This document shows, in pieces, positions 28,333 through 36,996 of a DNA stretch of 64,000 nt. The DNA is taken from IMG/VR virus record IMGVR_UViG_3300028593_000715; one strand, 5' to 3'. The notes below the pieces were generated by a model that searched no databases, was not told where the DNA came from, and saw only the letters and a program-made list of their open reading frames with translations. Source of the stretch: an uncultured virus (IMG/VR IMGVR_UViG_3300028593_000715) (Duplodnaviria > Heunggongvirae > Uroviricota > Caudoviricetes). The position numbers and the translations under genes are program-made. Numbering within the stretch: position 1 is the first letter of the stretch; each line of letters begins with the position of its first letter.

Positions 28333-29587
28333 TGATGTTATCATCACCGCCTTTTTCATACGCAGCCCCTGCCATATTCAGCGGAGTCATGCTTCCGTTT
28401 ACCATGAAAGTATTGCCGCCTTCCTCGTCGGGGATAGAATTCATATCCTCCAGCGTCCTCACATCATTCGGGCACAGGAAGCCGTTCTGAATACCAATAC
28501 TATAGCCCTGCATTCTGCTTGCATAATCGCCGCGCAGCAGCCCTTCCACGTTGAATTTGATAAAGTAGCGTCCCTTTTCCGAATCCGAAAGCAGAGCCTT
28601 CTGCAATCCCTGTTCCCAGCGCACCAGCCACGGATCAAGGGTATACTTGACGAATTCCAGCGACAGATGCTCGATGTTGGAGAAGGTTGCATGGTCGAGG
28701 TCGCCGATCATGTGCAGCGGCACTCGGTAGAGCCTTGCAATCTCCTCAATCTGGAATTTGCGGGTTTCAAGGAACTGCGCCTCATTATTCGGAATGGAAA
28801 TCGGCGTGTACTTCATACCTTCTTCGAGGATTGCGGTCTTGTGGGCATTGCCGCTGCCGTATGCCCGCTGCCATGCCTCACGCACACGCTCCGGGTTTTT
28901 GATCACGCCCGGATGCTCCAGCACCGCCGAGGGCGATGCGCCGTTTGCAAAAAACGATGCACCGTATTCATCACAGGCGACCGCAAGCCCGATGGCGTTT
29001 TTCGCCATTGCAATGGGGCTGTATCCGACCAGACCGTCAAAGCCCAGTCCCGGAATATGCAGCACCTGTTCCATCGGCAGGATGATCTCACCCTGCTGCC
29101 TGAAATTCGGGTTGTGTTCGTCGTACCGGCTGTAGCGGTAAATGAGCCTGCCGCGATCGTCACGGTCAACACGCACCTTATCCGGCATCAGCGGATACAG
29201 CCCGATGACATCACCTCTGCCGTTTCGGATAATCTGCGCATAGGCGTTACCGTAGATCAGCAGGTGTGCCATCAGCGTTTCCCGGAAAACGAATGACGTC
29301 ATTTCCGGATTCGGCTGGTCGTGCAGCAAAAAATATAGCGGGTGCCTCGGCACTCGCTCTTTTCCGTTATCGGTGTACTGGTAGACGTGCAGCGGCAATT
29401 GTGCAATCGCCTCCGACAAAACTCTCACGCAGGCGTAAACCGCAATGATCTGCATTGCCGTGCGGTCGTTGACACGCTTACCTGCCTGTGTCCGTCCGAA
29501 GAAATAACTGTATGACGGGCTGTCGTAGCTGTCCTTCGGCTTGTCCCGTGACCGGAACAGTCCGCTGAAAATGCCCATGAGCATCAC
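28322..29587 (-). CDS. Portal protein (HK97 family)
   Basis: VYACVRVLSEAIAQLP, PNPEMT and QFLETRKF motifs. Confidence 0.95.
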   Translation of the reverse strand: MMLMGIFSGLFRSRDKPKDSYDSPSYSYFFGRTQAGKRVNDRTAMQIIAVYACVRVLSEAIAQLPLHVYQYTDNGKERVPRHPLYFLLHDQPNPEMTSFVFRETLMAHLLIYGNAYAQIIRNGRGDVIGLYPLMPDKVRVDRDDRGRLIYRYSRYDEHNPNFRQQGEIILPMEQVLHIPGLGFDGLVGYSPIAMAKNAIGLAVACDEYGASFFANGASPSAVLEHPGVIKNPERVREAWQRAYGSGNAHKTAILEEGMKYTPISIPNNEAQFLETRKFQIEEIARLYRVPLHMIGDLDHATFSNIEHLSLEFVKYTLDPWLVRWEQGLQKALLSDSEKGRYFIKFNVEGLLRGDYASRMQGYSIGIQNGFLCPNDVRTLEDMNSIPDEEGGNTFMVNGSMTPLNMAGAAYEKGGDDNINEN

Positions 29588-29595
29588 TCCTCTCG

Positions 29596-29624
29596 TTGAC
29601 TTTTTGTATGACTTGTGATATAAT
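29596..29624 (+). promoter_or_regulatory. Sigma70 promoter of GIY-YIG moron
   Basis: TTGACT-17-TATAAT with TGn. Confidence 0.75.
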
Positions 29625-29677
29625 AAAGGAAAACGGAGAATTCCGCTGTAAATCGGAATTTAAAGGAGAAGAATGTT

Positions 29678-30670
29678 ATGGATTACTTTATTGACAGTAC
29701 CCTGCTCAATTATCAATTGATTAGACTGAATAAGCTTGGGTTTCCGGAATTAGAAAAGAATACAAATATAAGAGTTGTTGTAAAGAGCGGTGACAACTTT
29801 TATTCGTTTGATGATTGCCATATTGATGACACGGATGATAGAAGATTGAGAACACCATTGCCAATTGTAATTTGGATAAAAGAGAATTTTCCTGTTTCAG
29901 TTGCATTTTTCGCTGCAAATGCCGATAAAAAAGCCCCCGGCGTTTGGAAGAAAGATGATATTGCAGCCTTCAAAAAAGCATTAAAATCTCCCGAACATAA
30001 AATGGATATACCTGCTGAAACTTTAAATATTACTTTAGAACAAGATGAAAACGGCGTGAATTATCTCCTTATCCAAGAAGGATTCAAGATCACTTGTGAA
30101 AATGCCGAACGTTATCTCTCGGCAAAAGCTCTTTGTTCTGTTTTGCCGTATATCATATCCGGCGTTCAGAATACGTCATTGAAAACAGACATTTCTAACG
30201 GTCGTAAGGCTTATATCATTGACCAGACAACAAAGTGGCTTTCTGTTTCAGAGTATACTGCAACCCCTTTTAATCATCCGGGAATCTATATTCTTAGAAG
30301 AAAATGTGATGATAGGCAGTATTCATATTACATTGGAAAAGCAACTGATATTAAAACGCGTGTGATGAGGAATGGAGGAAAGCTATCACATCCTGATGAA
30401 AAAGAATTGGATGATAAGCAGTACGATGACATTGCGTGCATTTCGATTCGATTTGACGATATTCTCAGGGTATATGATTGTTTGACAGAGAATAATGAAA
30501 CAAAGGAACAGAACCCTCCGGTAAGCAAGGGAAGTCAGGTTGATTACGCTTTATATTCTATTGAAGATATCGCGATTCATGTTGCTGCGATGATAATGTT
30601 AAGTGAAGGAAAAAGGCTTGACAACAAGCAATATAGAGAATATACAAGCGAACAAATTGCTAAATTCTGA
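29678..30670 (+). CDS. Moron: GIY-YIG-like nuclease domain protein
   Basis: GIYIL...YYIGKATDIKTR motif; AT-rich, opposite strand. Confidence 0.7.
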   Translation: MDYFIDSTLLNYQLIRLNKLGFPELEKNTNIRVVVKSGDNFYSFDDCHIDDTDDRRLRTPLPIVIWIKENFPVSVAFFAANADKKAPGVWKKDDIAAFKKALKSPEHKMDIPAETLNITLEQDENGVNYLLIQEGFKITCENAERYLSAKALCSVLPYIISGVQNTSLKTDISNGRKAYIIDQTTKWLSVSEYTATPFNHPGIYILRRKCDDRQYSYYIGKATDIKTRVMRNGGKLSHPDEKELDDKQYDDIACISIRFDDILRVYDCLTENNETKEQNPPVSKGSQVDYALYSIEDIAIHVAAMIMLSEGKRLDNKQYREYTSEQIAKF

Positions 30671-30679
30671 TTTGTAGCT

Positions 30680-32281
30680 CTACAAAACCAGCATCTCCCT
30701 GCTGTCATAAATGCTGTCGCCGGAGTCGTTCCCACAGCGGATTGCCCGGTCGAGAGCCATGATCGTGGCAACCGTTCCGTCGATCTTCTCTGTGGACTTT
30801 TCCTTGTCGGGCTTGATGTTGCCCGCCGGATCGCGCTTGATGAAAATGTTATCCATATTCCAGCGCAGCACCGGATGCCCGTTGTGGGCGATCTTCTGCT
30901 CCAGCGTCAGCTTCATCAGCTCTTTGGTCGGCGGAGACATATCACGGTAGCCCTGACCGAACTGCACCAGCGTGAAGCCCAGCCCTTCAAGGTTCTGCGA
31001 CATCTGCACCGCGCCCCAGCGGTCGAAGGCGATCTCCCGGATGTTGAACCGTGTCCCAAGTTCGTCGATGAAGTTTTCGATGAAGCCGTAATGCACGACG
31101 TTGCCCTCGGTCGTCAGAAGGTAGCCCTGCTTTTCCCAGAGGTCGTATGGAACGTGGTCACGGCGGACACGGAGGTCAAGCGTTTCCTCCGGCAGCCAGA
31201 AATACGGCAAGATATAGTAATGGGCGTCCTCTTCGGTCGGCGGAAACACCAGAACGAAAGCCGTGATGTCCGTGGTCGAGGACAAGTCCAGACCGCCGTA
31301 ACATACACGACCTTCGAGGAAGGATTCATCGAAATCGACCTTGCAGGCGTCCCATTTGTGCATCGGCATCCAGCGGACGGTCTGCTTCACCCATTGATTC
31401 AGACGAAGCTGTCGGAAGGCGTTTTCTTCGCCGGGATTCTGCTTGGCGGATTCGCAAGCGGCTTCCACCTTGTCCATGCCGATTGTTTCACCGAGGGACG
31501 GATTCGAGTTTTTCCAGACCTCCGGAGAAGTCCAGTCGGCATCATCGGGAGCGCCGTAGATGACTGGGTAGAAGGTCTTGTCAATTTTTCTTCCCTCAAG
31601 GATATCTTTTGCTTTCTGATGCTGCTCGTAGCAGATGCTGTTCGTGTCCGTGCCTGCCGTTGTGATAAGGAAATACAGCGGCTGCATTCGAGCATCGCCG
31701 GAGCCTTTCGTCATAACGTCAAACAGCTTTCGATTCGGCTGGGTATGAAGTTCATCGAACACGACTCCGTGGATGTTGAAGCCGTGTTTGCTGTACGCCT
31801 CGGCGGAAAGCACCTGATAGAAGGAGTTGGTCGGGACGTACACGATGCGCTTCTGCGAAGTCAGTATCTTCACTCGCTTATTCAGCGCAGGACACATTCG
31901 TACCATGTCAGCGGCGACATCGAACACAATCGCCGCCTGCTGCCGGTCGGCAGCGCAGCCGTACACCTCGGCACGTTCCTCGCCGTCCCCACAGGTAAGC
32001 AGCAGGGCGACCGCAGCGGCAAGCTCTGACTTTCCGTTCTTCTTCGGAATTTCGATGTATGCCGTGTTGAATTGGCGGTAGCCGTTGGGCTTCAGAACAC
32101 CAAACAGGTCACGGATGATGCGCTCCTGCCAGTCGATCAACTCGAAGGGCTTTCCCGCCCATGTGCCTTTCGTGTGGGCAAGGCACTCGATAAACCGGAC
32201 AGCGTAGTCAGCGGCGGCTTTATCGTAATGGGAATCCTCCGCCATGAACTGCGTCGGTGTATAATCTTTCAGCTTTCGCAA
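30680..32281 (-). CDS. terL: Terminase large subunit
   Basis: IPKKNGKSEL Walker A, VVFDELH Walker B, KIDG nuclease motif. Confidence 0.95.
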   Translation of the reverse strand: MRKLKDYTPTQFMAEDSHYDKAAADYAVRFIECLAHTKGTWAGKPFELIDWQERIIRDLFGVLKPNGYRQFNTAYIEIPKKNGKSELAAAVALLLTCGDGEERAEVYGCAADRQQAAIVFDVAADMVRMCPALNKRVKILTSQKRIVYVPTNSFYQVLSAEAYSKHGFNIHGVVFDELHTQPNRKLFDVMTKGSGDARMQPLYFLITTAGTDTNSICYEQHQKAKDILEGRKIDKTFYPVIYGAPDDADWTSPEVWKNSNPSLGETIGMDKVEAACESAKQNPGEENAFRQLRLNQWVKQTVRWMPMHKWDACKVDFDESFLEGRVCYGGLDLSSTTDITAFVLVFPPTEEDAHYYILPYFWLPEETLDLRVRRDHVPYDLWEKQGYLLTTEGNVVHYGFIENFIDELGTRFNIREIAFDRWGAVQMSQNLEGLGFTLVQFGQGYRDMSPPTKELMKLTLEQKIAHNGHPVLRWNMDNIFIKRDPAGNIKPDKEKSTEKIDGTVATIMALDRAIRCGNDSGDSIYDSREMLVL

Positions 32282-32335
32282 GTGCCTCACCTCCATGAGA
32301 AAGGCGGCTGCCCTCCGGTAGCCGCCTTCGTGTTT

Positions 32336-32575
32336 TTAGTTGTATTCGTGCATCAGGATCGCCAGCGCCATTTCCGCTGCCTCGTTCTGCGGCGGAACAT
32401 CCAGCCCCCGGTCGTAGTTGTAAACAACCTCGCCGCTGATCTTCAGCGTTGCCTTGCTGATCCTGCCTCCGTCGATCCCGTACTGGCTGCCTGCGTCGTA
32501 GGCTTTCACCCAGTAATGAACGACCGAGTACTTGCCGTCGCCCTTCGGAACTCCAATCGTACCTTCGTGCCACAT
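32336..32575 (-). CDS. Small conserved phage protein
   Basis: GGAGG RBS; S.YGIDGGRISK..YNYDRGLD. Confidence 0.75.
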   Translation of the reverse strand: MWHEGTIGVPKGDGKYSVVHYWVKAYDAGSQYGIDGGRISKATLKISGEVVYNYDRGLDVPPQNEAAEMALAILMHEYN

Positions 32576-32734
32576 ATTCGTTTCCTCCGTTTTTCGTAGT
32601 TTTCGGTGGGCTTTGCCCTTCCGTTGTGCCCATATTAACTCTAAACGGCGAATATAGCAAGCCGCTAAAACTACAGAAGATTCGGGGAAAATGTGCGGCG
32701 GGTGTTGTGTATAATACACCCGCCGCTGTGATCC

Positions 32735-33088
32735 TTATTCGCCGAGAGGAATCGGCATCAGGATGTTGCCAACCAGCACGAAATCGTATGCCTGCCGGAA
32801 GAACTCCGTGTACTTTTCGGTCAGCTCCTGCGGCAGGTCGGTGAAGTCATCCTCGCCCAAGCCGCAAAGGAAGAACGTCCCCTTGATGACGCCATAGCCT
32901 TTGATCGGGCGATTCCACTTCTGTTCCGGATGGTAGAGTGCTTCCTCCTCGCATACCAAAGCGACCGGATCATCAAAGGGGTAAATCGCCTGAATGTATC
33001 CGCCGACCGTCTGCTGCAGGCTTTCAAGCTCTCCGCTGATCTCCTTTGCATCTGGGCGCTTGCCCGGTTCAACAACTAAAATGTTCAT
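32735..33088 (-). CDS. DUF3846-like protein
   Basis: LVVEPG..P and LESLQQTVGGYI motifs. Confidence 0.75.
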   Translation of the reverse strand: MNILVVEPGKRPDAKEISGELESLQQTVGGYIQAIYPFDDPVALVCEEEALYHPEQKWNRPIKGYGVIKGTFFLCGLGEDDFTDLPQELTEKYTEFFRQAYDFVLVGNILMPIPLGE

Positions 33089-33331
33089 GTGAATTCTCCT
33101 TTGTGTTTATTCCGCTTCTCTTGCGGTAGTGACATATTAACTCTGAACCGAGGATATATCAAGCATTATCGGCAAAATAAATGTGACAAACATTGCCTGC
33201 ATTTCAGCGCTGAATTGTACATTGCAAGAGAGCCGCACACGTGCGCTGTGTGGGGCGGGTTACCGAAAGGGATACCGTTTCAAGGATACCCGTCCCGCGC
33301 CACACGTTGCAACGTGGCGGCTCTGTGCGCC

Positions 33332-33535
33332 TTATTCTTCGCCTTCGTACTTCTCGTGGATGATGCCGAGAATCTTGTCCTGTTCCTCGCGTCCGACGCC
33401 GATGCTTTCAAGCGCCTCACGCGTTCCGCAGTCGGGGCAGATCGGGCTGTTATCCACGCGGGAAAGTGCTGGTCGGGCGGTGTACGTCTGCCCGCATTTC
33501 GGGCAGATGTGCGGCTCTTTGTTGCGGTCTTTCAT
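33332..33535 (-). CDS. Small zinc-finger protein
   Basis: CPKCG...PALSRVDN..ICPDCG. Confidence 0.75.
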   Translation of the reverse strand: MKDRNKEPHICPKCGQTYTARPALSRVDNSPICPDCGTREALESIGVGREEQDKILGIIHEKYEGEE

Positions 33536-33993
33536 CGCTGTACCTCCTTTGCGCTGATCTCGTAGGCGGCATCAAGGAACTTGGTGTCGAAGCCGAAGTT
33601 CCGGTAGCCTTCCTCGCAGGTGCGGATGTATGTCAGCGAAGGAATCCCGTGCCTGCGCTCCTCGTGCATGATGTAGATGAAGGCGTCCACCTTCTTGGTC
33701 TTACCGTTTCTCAGTTTCACCGGCAGCCGCAGCTCCTTCTTGTAGTAGAAGGTCGGGCAGCCCTCGTAGGCGTCCAGCCGCTTCTCGTCCGCTTCCGTGA
33801 CCTCCCAGACCGCAATCGGTACCAGTCCGTCCTTCTTCGGTTCGATGGTGAGGTAGGCTCCCGTGCCGCTGCCCTTGTAGAGCAGCTCATAGTCGGGAAT
33901 CGCCGTGATGCCGATGGGCTTGGCTGACGGGCAGCGGTACCGCATCTGGCGGATGTTCAGGTTTGAACCGTATGCGAGGTAGTATCTTTTCAT
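33532..33993 (-). CDS. Gamma-glutamylcyclotransferase (AIG2/GGCT-like)
   Basis: YLAYGSNL and LDAYEG motifs. Confidence 0.9.
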   Translation of the reverse strand: MKRYYLAYGSNLNIRQMRYRCPSAKPIGITAIPDYELLYKGSGTGAYLTIEPKKDGLVPIAVWEVTEADEKRLDAYEGCPTFYYKKELRLPVKLRNGKTKKVDAFIYIMHEERRHGIPSLTYIRTCEEGYRNFGFDTKFLDAAYEISAKEVQR

Positions 33994-34266
33994 TGCTTTT
34001 CTCCTTTTGTCTTGGATTCCGTTTTCGTTCCGGTACACACATATTAACTCTTTTCCGGCTCTATATCAAGCCGGTAAAACTACAAAAGATATGTGGATTT
34101 CCGGGCTTGCGGTTGTGTAGAATATGCCTTGCCGCTGTTTGCGCCGTGTGCGCCCCGTACAGGGCTTTTTACCGAAAGGGGCAGTTACTCGGAGGATACC
34201 ACTCCCGCCCCACACGGGGCGCTGTGGGCGGCTGTTTCGCCGCCCTTGCCCGTGGCGGCAGACCGG

Positions 34267-35211
34267 TTAAGGTCTGCCGAAGCGGAAGGCGTTGTCGCCG
34301 GAAAGGTTCTGCGTCAGGGTTTCTCTTGCGGTGGCGAACTCGTCGCCAATGAAGCCCATTCTCATCAGCCAAGTCCGCATCGCGAACTTTTTGTTTTCCT
34401 TCTGCTGTTCCTTCGGGCTTGCGCTGCGCAGGTCTTTTGCCATCTGGCTCATCGCAAGGCAAAGCTGAATGTAGCTCTTGAGCTTGCCTGCGTGAAGCCC
34501 GTTCTGCTTGCCGCCTGCGGGCTTGTCGAACTGGAAAAGGCGGAATTCAATCGTGCCTTTTGTGAAGGTGGCGTGGAGGTTCAACATATGGTAGCGGCTG
34601 TCGTTGTAGTGGTGGGTTCTGCCGTAGTCGCATCCCTGTGCGCCGTACCAGATGTCTGCAAGCTGCGCCATCGTGGTGGGCTTCTTCTTGTTGAGCTGCT
34701 GCAGGAAATTCGGGTTTACCGTTCTGCAGTAGCGGTTCATGCGGCTGCTGTCAACCTTGATTGCTTCGGCGATCAGCGTTTCGTGGCTTGCCATCAGGTT
34801 TGCGAGGTTTCTTAGGCTCTGCGGTGTGTGTCCCGCTGCGCCGATGTGAATGTGAACTCCGCAGCCTCTGGTGTAGTCGCTCTTTGCGCCCGCCTTGCGG
34901 AGGCGGCGGATCAGCTCCTGCAGGGTTTCGATGTCCTCGTAGTGCAGGATCGGTGTAACCAGTTCGCACTTTTCGCTGTCCGGTCCGCTGATGCTGCAGT
35001 CGCGCTGGAATTTCCACTCGCGTCCCTGTGCGTCCCAAGCGCTGTAGGTTTCGTAGCCGTTGCGGTGGGCGGTGTACTCGCTGCGGTTTGTGCCGAAGAA
35101 CTCGGCGGCGAGCTTTGCGGCAGCCTTGCGGGTGATGTTGTTCATCTCAACCTCAACCCCGATCGACTGCTCCTTCATTCTGTTGATCTGTGCCTGTGTC
35201 TTTGCGTTCAT
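34267..35211 (-). CDS. Putative amidoligase (COOH-NH2 ligase type 2)
   Basis: IGVEVEM, D.SI, ELVTPIL, CGVHIHI, RY..LNL and TIEFRLF motifs. Confidence 0.9.
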   Translation of the reverse strand: MNAKTQAQINRMKEQSIGVEVEMNNITRKAAAKLAAEFFGTNRSEYTAHRNGYETYSAWDAQGREWKFQRDCSISGPDSEKCELVTPILHYEDIETLQELIRRLRKAGAKSDYTRGCGVHIHIGAAGHTPQSLRNLANLMASHETLIAEAIKVDSSRMNRYCRTVNPNFLQQLNKKKPTTMAQLADIWYGAQGCDYGRTHHYNDSRYHMLNLHATFTKGTIEFRLFQFDKPAGGKQNGLHAGKLKSYIQLCLAMSQMAKDLRSASPKEQQKENKKFAMRTWLMRMGFIGDEFATARETLTQNLSGDNAFRFGRP

Positions 35212-35435
35212 GGTGGTATCCTCCTGTTTGGTTTTTGGTGTGTTTTCCCTTTCGGTAGTCACATATTAACTCTAAACCGAGGATATATCAAGCCGCTAAA
35301 ACCACAGAATATTGAGGAAAATACAGCCTTGATGATTGTGTAGTATACACCCTTGACTTACTTGCAATTGTGTGGTAATATGGGGTACGATGGAATAGGT
35401 CGTCACATTTCCGGCAGCCCCCGGAGGCTGTAAAA

Positions 35436-35666
35436 TCAGCCGCCGGAGATGACCTCGAACTCATCTGCGCCTTCAATCAGCGCAAGGCTTCTGCCGTTGT
35501 CCCACTTCATGTGGATATTGCCCGCGTCGTCGATGATCGCAACCGAGCCGGTCGTACCGGGCGGCACTGGCGCGATGTCATCCGCCATGCGAATCAGGCG
35601 GATGCGGGTGCCTGCGGGATAACGCTCCCGCAGGGCTTTCAGTTCAGCGTCATTCGGAAACCGCAT
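35436..35666 (-). CDS. DUF4314-like protein
   Basis: YPAGTRIRL..M.D and G.IHMKWDNGRSL motifs. Confidence 0.8.
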   Translation of the reverse strand: MRFPNDAELKALRERYPAGTRIRLIRMADDIAPVPPGTTGSVAIIDDAGNIHMKWDNGRSLALIEGADEFEVISGG

Positions 35667-36300
35667 CGTCGGCGCCTCCTTCGGGCTTGCCGTGGCGGAA
35701 GGCGGAGCTTCCGATCAGGCGGCGGAGCAGAACCTTGCGCACCGGCTTGTACTCTTCGCCGATCATGCCGAGGCGCAGGAGGAAGCAGCGGAATGCGTAC
35801 TTCTCATTGTCGCTGGTATCCGGCTTGTTGACCACGCGCTTGAGGTTCTTTGTGAACTCGCAGAGGGCGGTAATGAAGCGGGCATAGGCATCGCCATCGC
35901 CGTCCTTCTCGACCGTGAACCACGGGAACTCGACCGTTTCCTCACACTCGTTGACCGCAAGGCTCTCCGTATTCAGTGCGTGCTTCAGGAGCGTTTCCTT
36001 GTTGGCGATGAGCTGGAGCAGATTGTTCATCGACTGCTCCGTGAAGAAATCCCTCGGCATCGAAATCGTCATGGCTTCCGGCTCGTCCTCTGCGGTGTAG
36101 CCTGCCTTCTGCAATTCACTCCGGATGTCGTCCGGAAGCTCATCGCCGTGCAGCACCGCTTCCTTGTCGAGGGTGTATGCTCCGATCTGGTATCCGCAGC
36201 TCGGAACGCCGAGGTACTTCACCTCGCTGCCGGTCAGCTCACCGATCTTCTGTGCCAGTGCCTTGCGCTGGCTCTTTTCAATATTGAATCTGATATTCAT
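35650..36300 (-). CDS. Conserved phage protein (often labelled virulence-related)
   Basis: YLGVPS..Y and NEKYAFRCFLLRLG motifs; C-terminus resembles that of the amidoligase. Confidence 0.75.
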   Translation of the reverse strand: MNIRFNIEKSQRKALAQKIGELTGSEVKYLGVPSCGYQIGAYTLDKEAVLHGDELPDDIRSELQKAGYTAEDEPEAMTISMPRDFFTEQSMNNLLQLIANKETLLKHALNTESLAVNECEETVEFPWFTVEKDGDGDAYARFITALCEFTKNLKRVVNKPDTSDNEKYAFRCFLLRLGMIGEEYKPVRKVLLRRLIGSSAFRHGKPEGGADDAVSE

Positions 36301-36469
36301 GATGTGACCTCCTGTTTTTCACCGCTTGCTGCGGTTTTGAGTGTAGTAAACAGTCCAGTGGACTGTTTAGATATTAACTCTGAATCGCACAGATAGCAAG
36401 ACTGTAAAACGGAGAATATGTGCAGGACGGTTTTTCCGATTTTTGTGCATATTACAGTGCCTCCAGATA

Positions 36470-36498
36470 TTGACATATTGGCGGATGCACTGTATAAT
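36470..36498 (+). promoter_or_regulatory. Consensus sigma70 promoter of GNAT moron
   Basis: TTGACA-17-TATAAT. Confidence 0.85.
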
Positions 36499-36531
36499 CA
36501 TAGTAATAGAAATCGGAATTTGGAGTGTTAT

Positions 36532-36969
36532 ATGTTAATTCAATTAAAAGAACTTGATAATGACAATTGGCTTGAAACGTCAAATCTATCTGTTTCAGAA
36601 AAACAAAAAGAATTCTTCCCCATATCAAATATTTATTGGATAGGAATAAGCAGATATGAAGAACACACTGATCTCTATGCTATAATGCTTGATGAAACAA
36701 TTATCGGGTTAATTGGTCTTGGCTATGATGAGGACGGTGTATCGGGGTTTATCAATCCGTTAATGATTGATATAAATTATCAAGGTAATCATTATGCTGA
36801 AAAAGCAATGGCTATTGCAATTGATATTTTGCAGAAAAACTATAATGTTACAAAAATCAATCTCGGACATCGAAAATCAAATACCGCAGCGGCAAGACTA
36901 TACGAAAAGCTCGGTTTTGAAATTATTGGTGAAGATGAACAGGATTATTTCCGCACAAAAGTCTTATAA
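36532..36969 (+). CDS. Moron: GNAT acetyltransferase
   Basis: LMID..YQGNHYA and N.AAARLYEKLGF motifs. Confidence 0.85.
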   Translation: MLIQLKELDNDNWLETSNLSVSEKQKEFFPISNIYWIGISRYEEHTDLYAIMLDETIIGLIGLGYDEDGVSGFINPLMIDINYQGNHYAEKAMAIAIDILQKNYNVTKINLGHRKSNTAAARLYEKLGFEIIGEDEQDYFRTKVL

Positions 36970-36996
36970 ATTCTGATTTACGCGAATAATACACCA

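Larger units (their letters stand above)
32631..36400 (-). promoter_or_regulatory. Five copies of one promoter motif (32631, 33133, 34040, 35262, 36370)
   Basis: TTG(C/A)TA-17 bp ending AGAGT-TAATAT, each upstream of a gene. Confidence 0.8.

Noticed and set aside
32631..36400. Repeats as a CRISPR array
   Set aside because: Spacing is 0.5-1.2 kb with genes between; the repeats have promoter geometry and there is no cas operon
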